The translations under genes were made by a program, and so were the position numbers. A stretch of 63,933 bases of DNA, the filler included, from Folioceros fuciformis (Eukaryota), in assembly GCA_049999805.1 (NCBI GenBank). It is 11 parts of 11 records of this genome, joined end to end, with 100 filler letters (N's around TTAATTAATTAA, not from the genome) between each part and the next. Parts side by side here need not be neighbours in the genome. Positions count along the whole stretch, not along the records: positions 36,059 to 39,002 come from JBNGIO010003014.1; positions 39,103 to 46,002 come from JBNGIO010003015.1; positions 46,103 to 50,969 come from JBNGIO010003016.1; 8 more parts are not named here. One strand, 5' to 3'. Under the pieces are notes generated by a model, which had not been told where the DNA came from, ran no database searches, and worked only from the letters and a program-made list of their open reading frames with translations. Below, piece by piece: positions 36,196-48,498 of this stretch. Position 1 is the stretch's first letter. Every line of letters begins with the position of its first letter.

Positions 36196-39002
36196 ATGGC
36201 TACCAATGCACCTGTACAGCAGACTCTTGCAATAAATATTGCTAAGGAAGATAAGTTCGATGGAACCAACTTCCATGTCTGGAGAGACCGAATGGTGGAG
36301 ATCCTCAAGTCTCGAAGGCTCTGGGGATATGTGGGAGGCCTCGGCACACCTCCCGCAATCATCCCAAAGCATGTAGCACCTGATGAACTTGCTGTTTGGG
36401 AAGAAGCCGATCAAACATCGAGAACTCTTCTCCAACTGAGTGTGAAGAGCTCCCATATTGGAGTTTCCCAAGGTGCACAGACTGCCGCACAATATTGGCA
36501 GCAAGTAAATGAAGTCTATGACTCGAGGGATTTGATGCTGCAGACCTATGTTCTCAAACAGTTTGCAGGACTCAAAATGACGGAGGCGGATACAGTGGCG
36601 AACATGTCCTTGAATTTCGAAACTAGAGAGCCAAACTCATCTCTTCTGGTTTCGATTTGACTGAAGAACTTGTAGCAGTCATCTTGCTGACTATGCTGCC
36701 TAACTCCTAGACGGGTGTAGTTCATAGCCTGCAGGAGGTACGGCCCATCACCGTCAATAGGGTGATTCCGGCCATGTTGACCGAAGGATCCCGAAAAAGG
36801 ATTGCAAGCACTAATTTGACCAGTGACAGAGCACTGTACCCTAATGACAAGGCATTGTGGTTAAACAAACCTGGTCGAGGCTGTGGCGGAGGAGCTCGAG
36901 GAGGCTTCGTGAGAGGAGGCCGCGGAGGCAGAGGAGGCCGAGGAGGTTTTAGACCTCAGAATGCAGCTGGTGGCAGAATAGGACCACCATGTGGCCACTG
37001 TGGTACGACAAATCACTCTTGGGAAACCTGCAGGAAACGACTGGCAGGTGAAAGTGGCCACACAGGCGCCTCTGGACATTTGGCGGTGACCATGAATAAA
37101 TATAGTCGAGCTTTCCTCTCAAGTGTGACACCTGCAACCACTGGTGTCACCTCCACACAAGGTTACAATGCAAGTTGCAACGTTGTAACCTGTTATGCAA
37201 GCCAAAAGAAACATACCTGGTACATTGATAGCGGGGCTTCACAACATATGACCCCGCATGCTTCCTATTTCACTGAAATGCATAAGAGTGAACTAGTCAA
37301 GTATGTGTGCCTCGGAGACGATACCAAACATAAGATAGAAGGTCAGGGCACCATCAGCCTTGACCTGCGGCCGGCACAACACTTAGCAATTCTGGATGTA
37401 CTCTACGTACCTGGCTTGACTAAAACCTTGGTCTCCGTTCGGAAAATTGACCAGTCTGGATGCTATGTTTGCTTTGGCGGAGGAAAATGTGTAGTTGAGA
37501 CAGAGGATGGCAACCTCTTGGCCATTGGATAGCTGGAGTTAGATGACCTCTACCATCTGGACCTCCAGTCAGCACAAGCTAATACAGTGAACTCTTTTGT
37601 ACAGCCGTCCAAACCCTTCCTGTGGCATCTCCGCCTTGGCCATGTTAATTTCAAGAAGTTAGTTGAAATGCATCAGAAGAAAATGGTAGAAGGACTTACC
37701 TTGGATGAACACAAAGACTTTAGCATGTGTGAAGCGTGCATTCTTGGCAAGCACAAGCGGGCCTCGTTCCCGACTGATCCACCAACACGAGCTACTGCAC
37801 CTCTCGGCCTTGTTCACAATGATCTGTGTGGACCCCTGCCAAAGTCTCTAGGAGGCAAAGAGTATTTTCTGACTTTTATAGATGATTAAACACGCTTCTG
37901 TGTGGTCTATTCTCCTCCACAAATTAGATACCTTTGCGTGTTTCCTGGAGTATGTTCATTGGGCAGAGCTGCAAACGGGCCATAAGCTGAAGGCCCTTAG
38001 GAGTGATAATGGTGGAGAGCATGTTGTAGGAGATTTCGTCAACTTCTGCAAGCACAGAGGCATTGTTAGGCAGCTCACAAATCTGCATACGCCACAACAG
38101 AATGGGGTGGCTGAGAACAAGAACTGGAGCCTAGAAACCATGGCATCCAACATGCTACATTATGCACAGTTGCCTAAGTGCTACTAGGATGAGGCAGTTG
38201 CCTATGTTGCCTACATTCAAAACAAAATTTCTCACAAAGTAGTACCTGGAGCCACACCATACAAGCTATGGACGGGAAGAAAGCCGAGTGTATCTCATAT
38301 GCGTGTCTTTGGTTCAAAGGCATATGCACAGGTTCCTAAGGACAGACAGAAAGTTTGAGCCTAAATCTAGTCCGTACATTTTTGTTGGTTTCACAGAAGG
38401 AGTGAAAGGCTTCAAACTTCTCAACAAGCAAACTAGGAAAACTGTCCACTCACGCGATGTAGTGTTCGTTGAAGGCATTGAATCTTTGCATACAGTGGGA
38501 GCAGCTATTGGTGATTGGCCGACTTCAGATGACGAGTCACAAGACGAGAAAATGGAGATCCTTGTTGGAGATGTGTTGGTGCCATTACAAGCACCTCCAT
38601 AGTCACCAAGCATGCACACTCCATTGAGGACATCTGGACGGGTGGTGACCAGTAGAAGTCTTTATGAGTCACCAAGCATTGATACAGCTGAAATGCATGA
38701 TCTGGAAGAAGAGGAGCCCTCGCATCCAAAGCTGTCTGCACAGCAAAGACGAAGGTTAAAACATGCACACCTGGAGCCTAGGACATCTGGCAGAACGCAC
38801 AGGTAGCCTGAATTCTACGAATCTGAAGACTTCAGGCACCATAAATCTCACTTGACGTACTGCTTGGCCACGTACTCTGCATGGTATGAACCTCCAACAT
38901 ATAAGGATGCATTGTCGTGCCTAGATGCACCATTGTGGCAGAAAGCCATTGACTTGGAGCTGGGCTCCCTATATGAAAACAAGACTTGGGTCTTGACCAG
39001 TC
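36196..39002 (+). mobile_element. Degenerate Ty1/Copia gag-PR-IN to RT start
   Basis: DKFDGTNFHVW, CGHCGTTNHSWETC, WYIDSGAS, LWHLRLGH, LRSDNGGE, EPPTYKDAL. Confidence 0.92.
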
Positions 39003-39102
39003 NNNNNNNNNNNNNNNNNNNNNNNNNNNNNNNNNNNNNNNNNNNNTTAATTAATTAANNNNNNNNNNNNNNNNNNNNNNNNNNNNNNNNNNNNNNNNNN
39101 NN
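39003..39102. other. Artificial contig spacer
   Basis: N44-TTAATTAATTAA-N44. Confidence 0.98.
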
Positions 39103-41735
39103 GTATTTAAATAAGACTATGAGTATACCTAACTCTATACTCACTAACAAAATCAAGTTTGGATCTGTTCACATGACCCAATCTAGCGTGCCAGACTTGA
39201 GCCTGAACGTCCAAAGCTGTAAGTAAAGCCCTAAACTTGGACTTGTGAATGGGCACTAGTTGATATAGATCATTAACAAGGACAGCTTAGCAACATGACT
39301 TTCTTGATCAGATAATGAGTAGATGTAGCAGGTCTGATCTTCAAACCTAAAGCCATACTTATGGCTTTATGTAATGGCTCTAATAGACCGCAAATTCTTA
39401 CCCATTTCAGGAACATATAGAACATCCTGAAGATGCAGTGTGGAGCCATCAAGCAAAGGTATATCAGCCTCACCAGCTCCTTTTACCTCTACCCCACGAG
39501 AATCTCCTACAAAAACTAACAAGGATGTCTTCTTTTCGTGGAAGGTGGTGAACAAGTGCTGATTATTGCAAACATGAGCAGTAGCTCCTAAGTCAATATA
39601 CCAACGCCGAGAGTTCTCGATGGTAGAGGTCAAGCAAACGTAAGAACTGTACTGCTACTACGAGCAGGTTGCTATCAAGCAGGTGACGATTTATGTTCCT
39701 TTGTAGAAACATGAGCCTCAGATCTTGCATCCTTCTTGGGCTCACCAGCCTTTTTCTTCCGGCAGTCATGTTCCCAGTGCCCTGGGATCTGGCACCAGTT
39801 ACAACTACCTTGGCACTTGGTGGCTAAAGAAGAAGGACTAGGAGGACCAGATAAGTTTTGGCCTTTCTTGTTCTTCTCATCCTTCCCCTTCCATAGTCCT
39901 TTTCCCCTTGCAGCAAAAAGGACTTTCTCACCACAAAGTCTTGAACCTGAATGAGCTCGCTGATGACTCTGCTCCTCTTGCAGGAGTGCCCCGATGATTT
40001 CATTCAGATTCAGAGTTGAAGGCTGTCTACTCACTGCAGCCTTATATGCATCACGTAGAGTGGCATTCTGACTTGAGATAAATGTCTGGAAGGAAGAAGG
40101 CATGCTGGACAACAGTTGAGCAGTCATTTCCACGTCCATTATCTTGGTACCCAACGCAGCAAGTTGTGCTCGCAAGTGCCTCAACTTAGTGATATGTGCT
40201 CCAACTGGTTCCCCCTCCTTTAGCCTGAGACTATGAAAGTCATTCCGGACATTAATCAAGGTGTAGATATTCTGAACCTGGTAAGTCTCCGAAAGTTGAT
40301 TCCAAACTGCTTCAGTTGAGTTCAGGAAATCAACTTCAGTAACAGTCGTCTCGTCCAAGCCAGATAGCAAAATTGCGAAGGCGATTTTATTGCCCTTCTT
40401 CCATTTTGCTTTCTCATCTGCTGATCGTTGTACTGTCGCTGTGGCAGGGACCAAGAATGGGTTGGGGATTGAACCATCCACATATTCCCAAACGTCTCTA
40501 ACGTCCAAAGTTGCCTTCATACGAGCTTTCCAACTCTCAAAGCGAAGTGGCTTTCCATCAAATCGGTCTTTTTCCTTGAATTCTCCAGAATAGAGGGATC
40601 CTAGAGACGTAGACTGAGGGACTACACCTGTCGACATATTAGGGATACTAAGTGTTGTCGACTGTGCAGGATATGGTGTAGGAAGTGATGGGTTGGAGTA
40701 AAGCTACAAGAAGGGAGAGCTCTCGGAGTCACTGTCTAGATCAAACCACAACATAACCAATAGGATTCACAGGAAGTAAAACGACACTAGCCCAGACACG
40801 AACGGGTAAGTGACTGTTTTAAGTGAATCCTGAGAAATGTCCCGTGAACTTGAACAAGAAAACCCTAACTGAAAACTGACAACAGTTCATTTCAATGTGA
40901 CAAGTTGCCAAGACTACTCAGTAGGTCATCAGAGGGAAGCCAGTGCACCTCACCAATGAGGATCCTAGAACTGGAATGAATCAACAAGCAGGCATGACCT
41001 GCTATGAGCCTTGTGTCCAAGCACAGGAATCCCTAAAACTACCTCGCAACCTTTTAGATCTAAAAATCGTTAGGGTGTTTTTCCATAGCATTGACACCTT
41101 CTCGCGCAGGCACCAAGGATTCAAGGTACAATGCAGCAACTAGTCGAGCTGTAGAGATTGAAGCAGAAGGTTGAAGAACCTTGAGTTGAGCAACTTGATT
41201 CACCAAAGCAACAACTTCAGTTTGGAGTATCTCAACAACAGTGAAAATTTGGCCTAGCCTTGGTTGAAACTATGAGAAAAGCTGAATCACAAGTGTCTCA
41301 AGGCGGATAAATCGCTGAGAAAATTGGCTGAAGAGAAGCGTCCAGGTAAGTTGTGAACTCTCAAATATCCCATTTTCTTCAGACTCGTCTGCCCACTGAT
41401 CTCTTATTCTCCTTGATTGCAGAGAATTTTGACTGTCCCATTTATTGAACACTAGGCGCCTTGCAGCAACGCAACTGGAAAACGAGTGTGGCGAAGCAGC
41501 AAACTGCCTCCTCCTTCTGTCCTTGCGTGAGCGTCCTTGAATCCATGGTTCCGTATCAAAGGAATCACTTGGCCTGTGTGGGTAGAATTCCCTGCCAGCC
41601 CTCGGAGAGAAAAGAGCATTCCTGGAACTACATCTTCTTCCTCTCCCATACATTTTTTAGAGTAGGGCCTGTCCTGAATTGTATCTATCAAACATCTGAA
41701 AGAGACTCAGATAGAAACAGAAACTTAGCTACCAT
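39103..41735 (-). mobile_element. Degenerate Ty1/Copia 5' part (long leader, gag 40637-39675, protease)
   Basis: KDRFDG...WKARM, CNWCQIPGHWEHDC, WYIDLGATAH, WHARLGH; upstream boundary approximate. Confidence 0.85.
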
Positions 41736-41804
41736 ATGAGCAGTGTCTACCTAGAGAGGTTCCACTTCCACCATCCACGTGCAGTAGTCCGTCGTGACCA
41801 CCCC

Positions 41805-43342
41805 AGTTCTTGAAGACCCCTGGTAGAGCACACTGGTCTGCAGTAAAGCGGATCTATCGCTACCTTAAAGGCACCATCAACCTTGGCTTGCATTATACAA
41901 CTAGTGGTAAAAAGGAATGTGTTCTTACAGTTCTGGCAGACGCCGATTGGGCTTCGGATTTTGACTCCAAGAAAAGTCTCTCTGCTTATGTCTACTTGAT
42001 ATCCTCTAGCACTGTCAACTGGTCCTGCAAAAAGCAATCCTCCCTTGCCCTTTCATCTATTGAAGTTGAATACAGGGCTTTGACAGATGCCTGTAAAGAG
42101 ATTTAGTGGGAAAGACAGTTCCTAGAATTTATTTTTATGACTCAAAAATCAGCCACTTCACTACTATGTGACAACATGTTAGCTATCGCCCTTGTGGCCA
42201 ATCCTAGGTTTCATGCTTGAACTAAACACATCGAGCTCTATCATCACTATATTAGGGATGTGGCCGAGAGAGGAGTTGCTAAAGTGGATTATGTAAACAC
42301 TCATGACAATACTGCAAACCTATTAACAAAAGGGCTTGCAAAAATCAAGCATTACAAGCATTTAATTTCTATGGGTCTGCGAGCTTTTACTATGCCTACT
42401 CAGAACAGCTCTCAATAGTCGTTGTGTTTGCCTGGTAGGAAGCTTCACATGTTAGGTCATCGTCTGTATTTTCCTACCAGGAGCACAAACAAGGGTACTC
42501 AGTGGATGAAGCAACCTGCACACACACAATCGTGAGTTGCCCTCTGTAACACTTAATGATCCAGAAGACTTACCTCTCTCAGGAGGATGTGTATTTTAGG
42601 CGTTGTCAGCTTTAGGGGCGCCGCCGACTTTACCCGTATATCTGAGCATGGATAGTTCCTGCACAAGGTGCCTTATCTCAGGTTTTGTTAGTGGAAACAT
42701 GGTTGGATCTCTTGATGGCAACTTGGCTATCCAGTCCTGAAGGTCCATGACTCGACACTTCACGGCCTTGAGCACTTCCTCGACTTCTTCACACTTCTTC
42801 ATTGTCTGGAGAAGATAGCACACCAAGTTTCTGTCTGACTACGTGGGCCACTCTACTCTGCTGTTGTGATGACTCCTTTCGTGGATGCTTCTGACAGCCT
42901 ATGCCCCTGTTCTTCATGTGCGCCATTGTTGCTTGTAACAGGACAACTTCTGCAGCAGCTATGTATAGCATTGGCGTGGCGAGAGAGAGAGGCGCACAAC
43001 TCCGTCCTTAGCCAGCTCTGAGTCTTCATGCGGTTCTTATCTGAAGCTGGATCGCCAGACATGCCGCCTGCATGCTTTTCCCGCTTGCGCTGCAGTACCA
43101 CCTTGCATCCCATTTCATCATGAGGAAGTGCTTGGGTTTATGACGTACTAGGGTTTAAGCAACCTACCTTAAACCTCGTTAGGTTAAGAGGGGGTGTTAG
43201 AGGTTACTTATGTAACCTATGGTTAACCTAACTCAGTTATTTAAGCGATAGGGTTAGCAATACTTGACTATATAACAATACAATGTTCTTATTTTCAAAT
43301 ATACTTTATTCTATATATGCTTTCTTGCATCTAGTCCTTAGA
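41805..43342 (+). mobile_element. Ty1/Copia 3' part (RNase H, long 3' spacer, PPT, LTR from 43195)
   Basis: HWSAVKRIYRYLKGT, ADADWA, LSSIEVEY; PPT ttaagagggg followed by TGTTAG at 43195; LTR end uncertain. Confidence 0.8.
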
Positions 43343-43690
43343 TGTTAGAGTGTCCTGAACACTTATAGAAAGTATCACTCTGCATATTAGGATATATTGG
43401 GATATTGCACTATCGAGACTAAGGCTTACCTTCTCGATAGTTGCCCCACCCAAGGGCTATATATGTAGAACCTTGTGCACCATACTATGTGGTATTGTGG
43501 AGCCTACATTACATGTGTGACTAGCCTTGCTATTCACTTAAGCCAGTGGTGCGTGCCATCCATTGCCTCTACTTGTGTTTGCTAACTATGTTGATCCTGC
43601 GTGTTGCCCAAGCTGTGTTGTGTCTGAGCTATTTCTTATAGGTCTACTATATATGTCCTCTTCCTGTCCCTAATTTAATCATCTATTTCA
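43343..43690 (+). mobile_element. LTR-like sequence directly upstream of the TPD1-like gene
   Basis: Starts TGTTAG, ends ...tttCA; the ~100-bp core (hairpin plus TATATA) is clearly similar to the LTR at 53234-53521. No TSD found, boundaries tentative. Confidence 0.6.
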
Positions 43691-43701
43691 TAGCCTACAA
43701 T

Positions 43702-44543
43702 ATGGCAGCCGCTACACCTTCTCGCATGCTCCAACTATGTCTATTTCTCCTCTGCCTTCTCCTCTCCTCTCCCATGGCCTGCCTCGCCCACCCCGAAGCT
43801 CATGATAGCCAAGGTTTGTTTCCGAAAGCAACTCTTTTACATGCCAAGCTCTCTTCATTATCGTCCATTTTTTGTGCCTCACTTTGCGTTTGTCTCCTTC
43901 TAAATTTGTCATTGGCATATGCACCCCTTGCACATGTGGGGCGTGCAGTGCAGGTGGTGTACAATCAGACTGGGGCATTGCCTCCGCAATTCCTCTCAGC
44001 TGAGGACATCACAGTGATCTACACTAGGAGATCCAAGCACAACAACCGGAAGCTCATCCGTGAGTCTTCGACCACCTTACTGCCTGTCTACCTACCCCTT
44101 TTCTTTTCTTTTCCTTTTTTTTTCCCCTATCTTTTTTGCTGTTGCTGCTAATTCCTCCTCGTTGCTCCCTTCTTCTACCTTTCCTTTGTTCAATCTCCTC
44201 ATGCTCCGTCAGGGTGTTTCTTATTGTAGAATCCTGTGGCAAATCTGACATCAGTATTTTTCAAGGCCAAGTGGGCTCGTCTCCCAGCGGGATTCCAACT
44301 TTTATGGTTCAGATCTCCAACATATGTGCCTTAGATTGCTCCATATCTCATGTGCATATTTCCTGTGGTTGGTTTTCCTCTGCCAATTTAGTTCCTCCGG
44401 CCATCTTCAGGCGTATTAGTTATGACGATTGCTTAGCAAATGACGGCAATCCTATCCAAGCTGGTCAGAGTTTGTATTTTCAGTATTCAAATTCGTTCGA
44501 GTATCCTCTGAAGGTGAAATACGTCTACGGCTGCCACCTTTAA
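43702..44543 (+). CDS. TPD1: TAPETUM DETERMINANT 1-like secreted cysteine-rich ligand, 178 aa
   Basis: Exons 43702-43813, 43949-44059, 44230-44543, in frame; signal peptide; RKL motif; CGKSDISIFQG...GIPTFMVQISNIC...CGWFSSA.LV.P.IFRRISYDDCL.NDG...FQYSN.F.YPL. Confidence 0.9.
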
Positions 44544-46002
44544 TGATATAACAATGTTCTTCTTTCCGCAATGCAACTGAAAAAATAGTGCCTGCATGCG
44601 GCACACCACTAGCATGCTTGATTGCCAGGTCCTTTCTAGCGAATATCATTCTAGGGATGGAACAATGCTCGCAGAGATCAATCAAATTCTATTTTGCACT
44701 TAGCCACTTCACTCATCACCAACCATTTTGCAACTCCTTAGTTGGTTTTCCGCACTTGCCACTTTTGCTCGTCATCACGTCATGTCTTGACCCTCAGATT
44801 TGTTTAGAATTTTAGTTTGGCCACCAGTACTCTTATGCTTCTTATTGTGTCCGTACGATGCCGGAACTTGCAAGCTGTGATGGCAAGAGCAATGGAGAAC
44901 TTTGCAACAAGCGGCATGCTCTTGCATTGCATCCTTCCGTAGCCTTTTTTTGCAACACTATAGCATCATGGAGCCAGTCTCGGTGGTCACATTGCACTCC
45001 GTTGTTTCATCGATGGCCATTCGTTGCAGCACGCGCATAGTCTTTATTATGGTAAATTCCCCAACTTCAAATGTGTTGGGCCGAATCTCTATAACTATGC
45101 TCTAGAAATGATGCTTGGTGTGTGTTTCATTTGCAGATACATACTCTGGTCCACTTTCGCTACTTACTTAAAACTATATCCACTTATAATGGATTGTAGC
45201 TGATTTTGCGCAACCAACCCACTAAGCCGCTGCCAATGAAAATTAATTTCCATGTGTGCGCAAGTGCCTGCCATACACTGGCTGATGCAGATTTTAAACA
45301 CATACTAATAAAATAGTATCCTAAAAAATAGCACAAAAATACCAAAAAAATCTCATTTTCTAAGCACTAGCTCTGCGTTGTGGCCTTGCGCACCATGACC
45401 TTAAAGTTTCACACTCTTTTTCCTCCCCTATGTTTAGTATTTTTTGGTTTTTATTTTTTTCCGTAAAAAGTATGCTTTGAAGGTTTTTAACTCCTTTTTG
45501 CACAATTTTGTAGTGAGAATATGAAGTCTATCTTGAATAATGTGACTCTCTTCTATTCTCTACTTCTACGGAGTTACAGAGGAGCGGCGTTACGGCAAGG
45601 AGCGGGAGCAGGCTACACTATGGAGGCAGGCTACGAGAGGCATGTGGCTATAGGGGCAGGGGCTGCAAGGCCCCCATGGCTCATGAGAGTACCTCCAAGA
45701 GCTCATGAAGAGAGAACCTCCAAGAGCTCACGAAGAGATAGACAGACTTCCAAAGTGAATGACTCCCTCCTCCGACAGGCTCACCTGATCTTACAGGAGC
45801 CTCTCTCTCTCTCTGACTTCACCTCTCTCTAACTTGAGAAATATTATTTTAATAAGACCACTAGCCTAGCCGGCTATCACCAGCCACTTATTTAGACTTC
45901 TAGCACATCCTGCCACCAATGAGCTCCTGGCCCTACCACCACAAGGATCTACCACCTCTTAGACTATCCTGAGACTTCGGAGGATGTCTGATCTTCAAAG
46001 AT

Positions 46003-46102
46003 NNNNNNNNNNNNNNNNNNNNNNNNNNNNNNNNNNNNNNNNNNNNTTAATTAATTAANNNNNNNNNNNNNNNNNNNNNNNNNNNNNNNNNNNNNNNNNN
46101 NN
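46003..46102. other. Artificial contig spacer
   Basis: N44-TTAATTAATTAA-N44. Confidence 0.98.
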
Positions 46103-47744
46103 TGAGAACATTTTTGTGCTTCTCCTGAAGGGAATCCTGGACTTGAACTCGTAGAAGGGATCATCAGGACTGAGTGTGTGGAGAACCTCGGGGAAGGAAC
46201 CATCATATCCAAAGTCAGTCACAGGGACCGCCTCTACTGAAGTCAGGGAAGGAACCATGATATCCAAACGAAAGGGTGAATGAAGGTGAGCGGCGAGGTC
46301 TTGCAATGATAGAAAAGGGCAGAGATGGAGGACAGCTAGACAGAGGGCGACTTGACGTTCTTCTCCGCGGTGTGCCCTGGAAGTTTGAGATAGCTTGTGC
46401 GGTGGACGATCTTAAGGAAGCGAAATCAACGTTGGAGCACCTTCTCAGGCATCCAACTTAGAAAAGGACGATTGTTTTCTGTTTTGCGTTAATGCCCATG
46501 GCGAGACTGAAGAAGATGGTAGAGATTATGTTTGCTTAGGTGAAGCAGACAAGGCGGAGAAGCTTTACGTTGAAGAAGATATTTTGATGAGGGCCGTAGC
46601 CATTGCCGTTGGCATTGCCAAGTACTTAGTGGTGGTAGACCCACCTGCATGTTCCACCGAGTATAAGCACAGGTAGGGCAGGGATAATGTCAAAGGTCGG
46701 ATGCGATATCATGCACAGACCAAACCATCGGTTCAATAGAGGTAGATTTTAAAAACGAATCAGACATATTACCACAGCAGAATGTCACTACCCATACTTT
46801 TGCGGGGTGGAGAGACGTGTGTTGGGGTTGACTCTCCTCCCCTTCAGAGACAGCAGGGTAATTTTCTCGTGAGGAGCACTAGGTATTCTCATCTGTTCTG
46901 CTTCATATGGTCTGCGGCATGCATCCGTTCTCCGAGCTTGCTTTCATCGAATGCCTTGTCGATGGGCCATAAATCTTGGAGCCAAGAAGGCTCTTTGAAC
47001 GATCCCTGCCACCCAGTCGTGGGGTGCCATCAGAGCAACCATGAGCTGCAGCGAAACAGCTCCGAAACCTGCCAGACTCAAGTCTAGGCAGTCGATAATA
47101 CTTCCTTCCCTGGTCCTTGGTTATGCAAAACTGTGCAAGCTGGACATCTGTCTCTTCCTCCTTTTACGTGCAATAGTAGCTGAATTCGAAGAATTGACCC
47201 TGCGGATACGTCACTGACAGGCAGCATCAGAGCTCGTCAACCTTTTCCAACACAGAGCAAAGGGGTGGCTATGGAATGGCAGAAAAGCAGTTAGTAGTCA
47301 GCAAAGGGCAGCATCAGGTGTTTCCCAAGGAGAAATTGGTTTGAGGCAAGTAACTCCTCTTCCTTACCTGCCTGGATGTGCATCTTCCTGTGTGCTCATT
47401 TACTAACCAGGGCCCCACCTTGTGCATGCAATGTTGCAGATTGGGACGGGATGACAGTTGTGGAGTTGGAAAGTTGCACACAAGGGACCAGGATGGGCTG
47501 CAGCTCGAACATGAATTCCAGGCTGTGGAAGCTTTGCAACAGCAAGGCATTCGTCTTTCGACAAACATCCTGTACAGTCACAATGAAGCTTGTTATCGAG
47601 CAGATTGAGTCTACTTAGCCGACTTCACGACCGGCAGGGTTTAGGGTTTAGAGAACCCTAAACCAAATTAAAGAACCCGCAAGGTAAAATTCCACGGCTG
47701 GAGGATTGGACCTTGATCTACTGTGACAGCCTCGTCTTTCATCG

Positions 47745-47809
47745 CACTGGCTTGAAATCAGCTCAGAGTACTGGCTTGAAATCAGCTCAGAGCACTGGCT
47801 TGAAATCAG
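47745..47809. repeat. 24-bp tandem repeat x2.7
   Basis: actggcttgaaatcagctcagag(t/c) at 47746, 47770 and 47794. Confidence 0.9.
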
Positions 47810-47882
47810 TTCGCTGGAATATGTATAAGTTGATGATAAAAAAAGTATAATTGTATAATATATTTAGTGCAATTTATCGGCT

Positions 47883-47954
47883 GGGCATTTGGTCTAGTGG
47901 TATGATTCTCGCTTTGGGTGCGAGAGGCCGCGAGTTCGATTCTCGCAATGCCCC
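47883..47954 (+). tRNA. tRNA-Pro (anticodon UGG)
   Basis: GGGCATT/AATGCCC acceptor stem, CTCGC-TTTGGGT-GCGAG anticodon arm, GCGAG-TTCGATT-CTCGC T arm; upstream TATA-like and CAA motifs, downstream T tract. Confidence 0.97.
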
Positions 47955-48498
47955 GCCATCGGTTTGTTACGCATTCTTTTACCCTACGTTAGTTAGTGCA
48001 TATTATATTGAAAAAGCATTTTTCTGATGTACACATATTTGAGTAGTAATCATTCGAAGACCCATGATGCGAAGGATTCGATGCTGTTTCCTCGGTGCTG
48101 AGGATAGTACAGTGCAAGGTGCTGGAGGTAATCTGGGCAAGAGCATGTACATAGTTTAAGAGCAGGTGTGATTGCACGCTCCAGTCCGATCCGGTCCGTG
48201 GGTTGACAGAGAAGCTCAGGTTTGCAAAGCTCTGTAGCATTTGATCCCGGCACGAGGGGCAAGAGCAGTATCGCGGGAGGATGGACAGCCCAGCCGGAAA
48301 CCGGGGACGAACATGTAAAGGGATGAAAAAAAGGGGCGGGGGACCGGGGGTTGTTGTGAAACGATGGGCGCAACTAGAGCAAGGCTTGAATTGGACGGCA
48401 CGGAAATTGTGACAGCGAAACCTCAGGGTATGGCGTGGCAGCGAGCCTGGAGCAGTCCGCCATCCCCGTGCTGGGTACCTCTACAGGTTTGATCAGGC

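Noticed and set aside
46103-47620. Short ORFs upstream of tRNA-Pro
   Set aside because: Fragmentary frames with no motif I can support.
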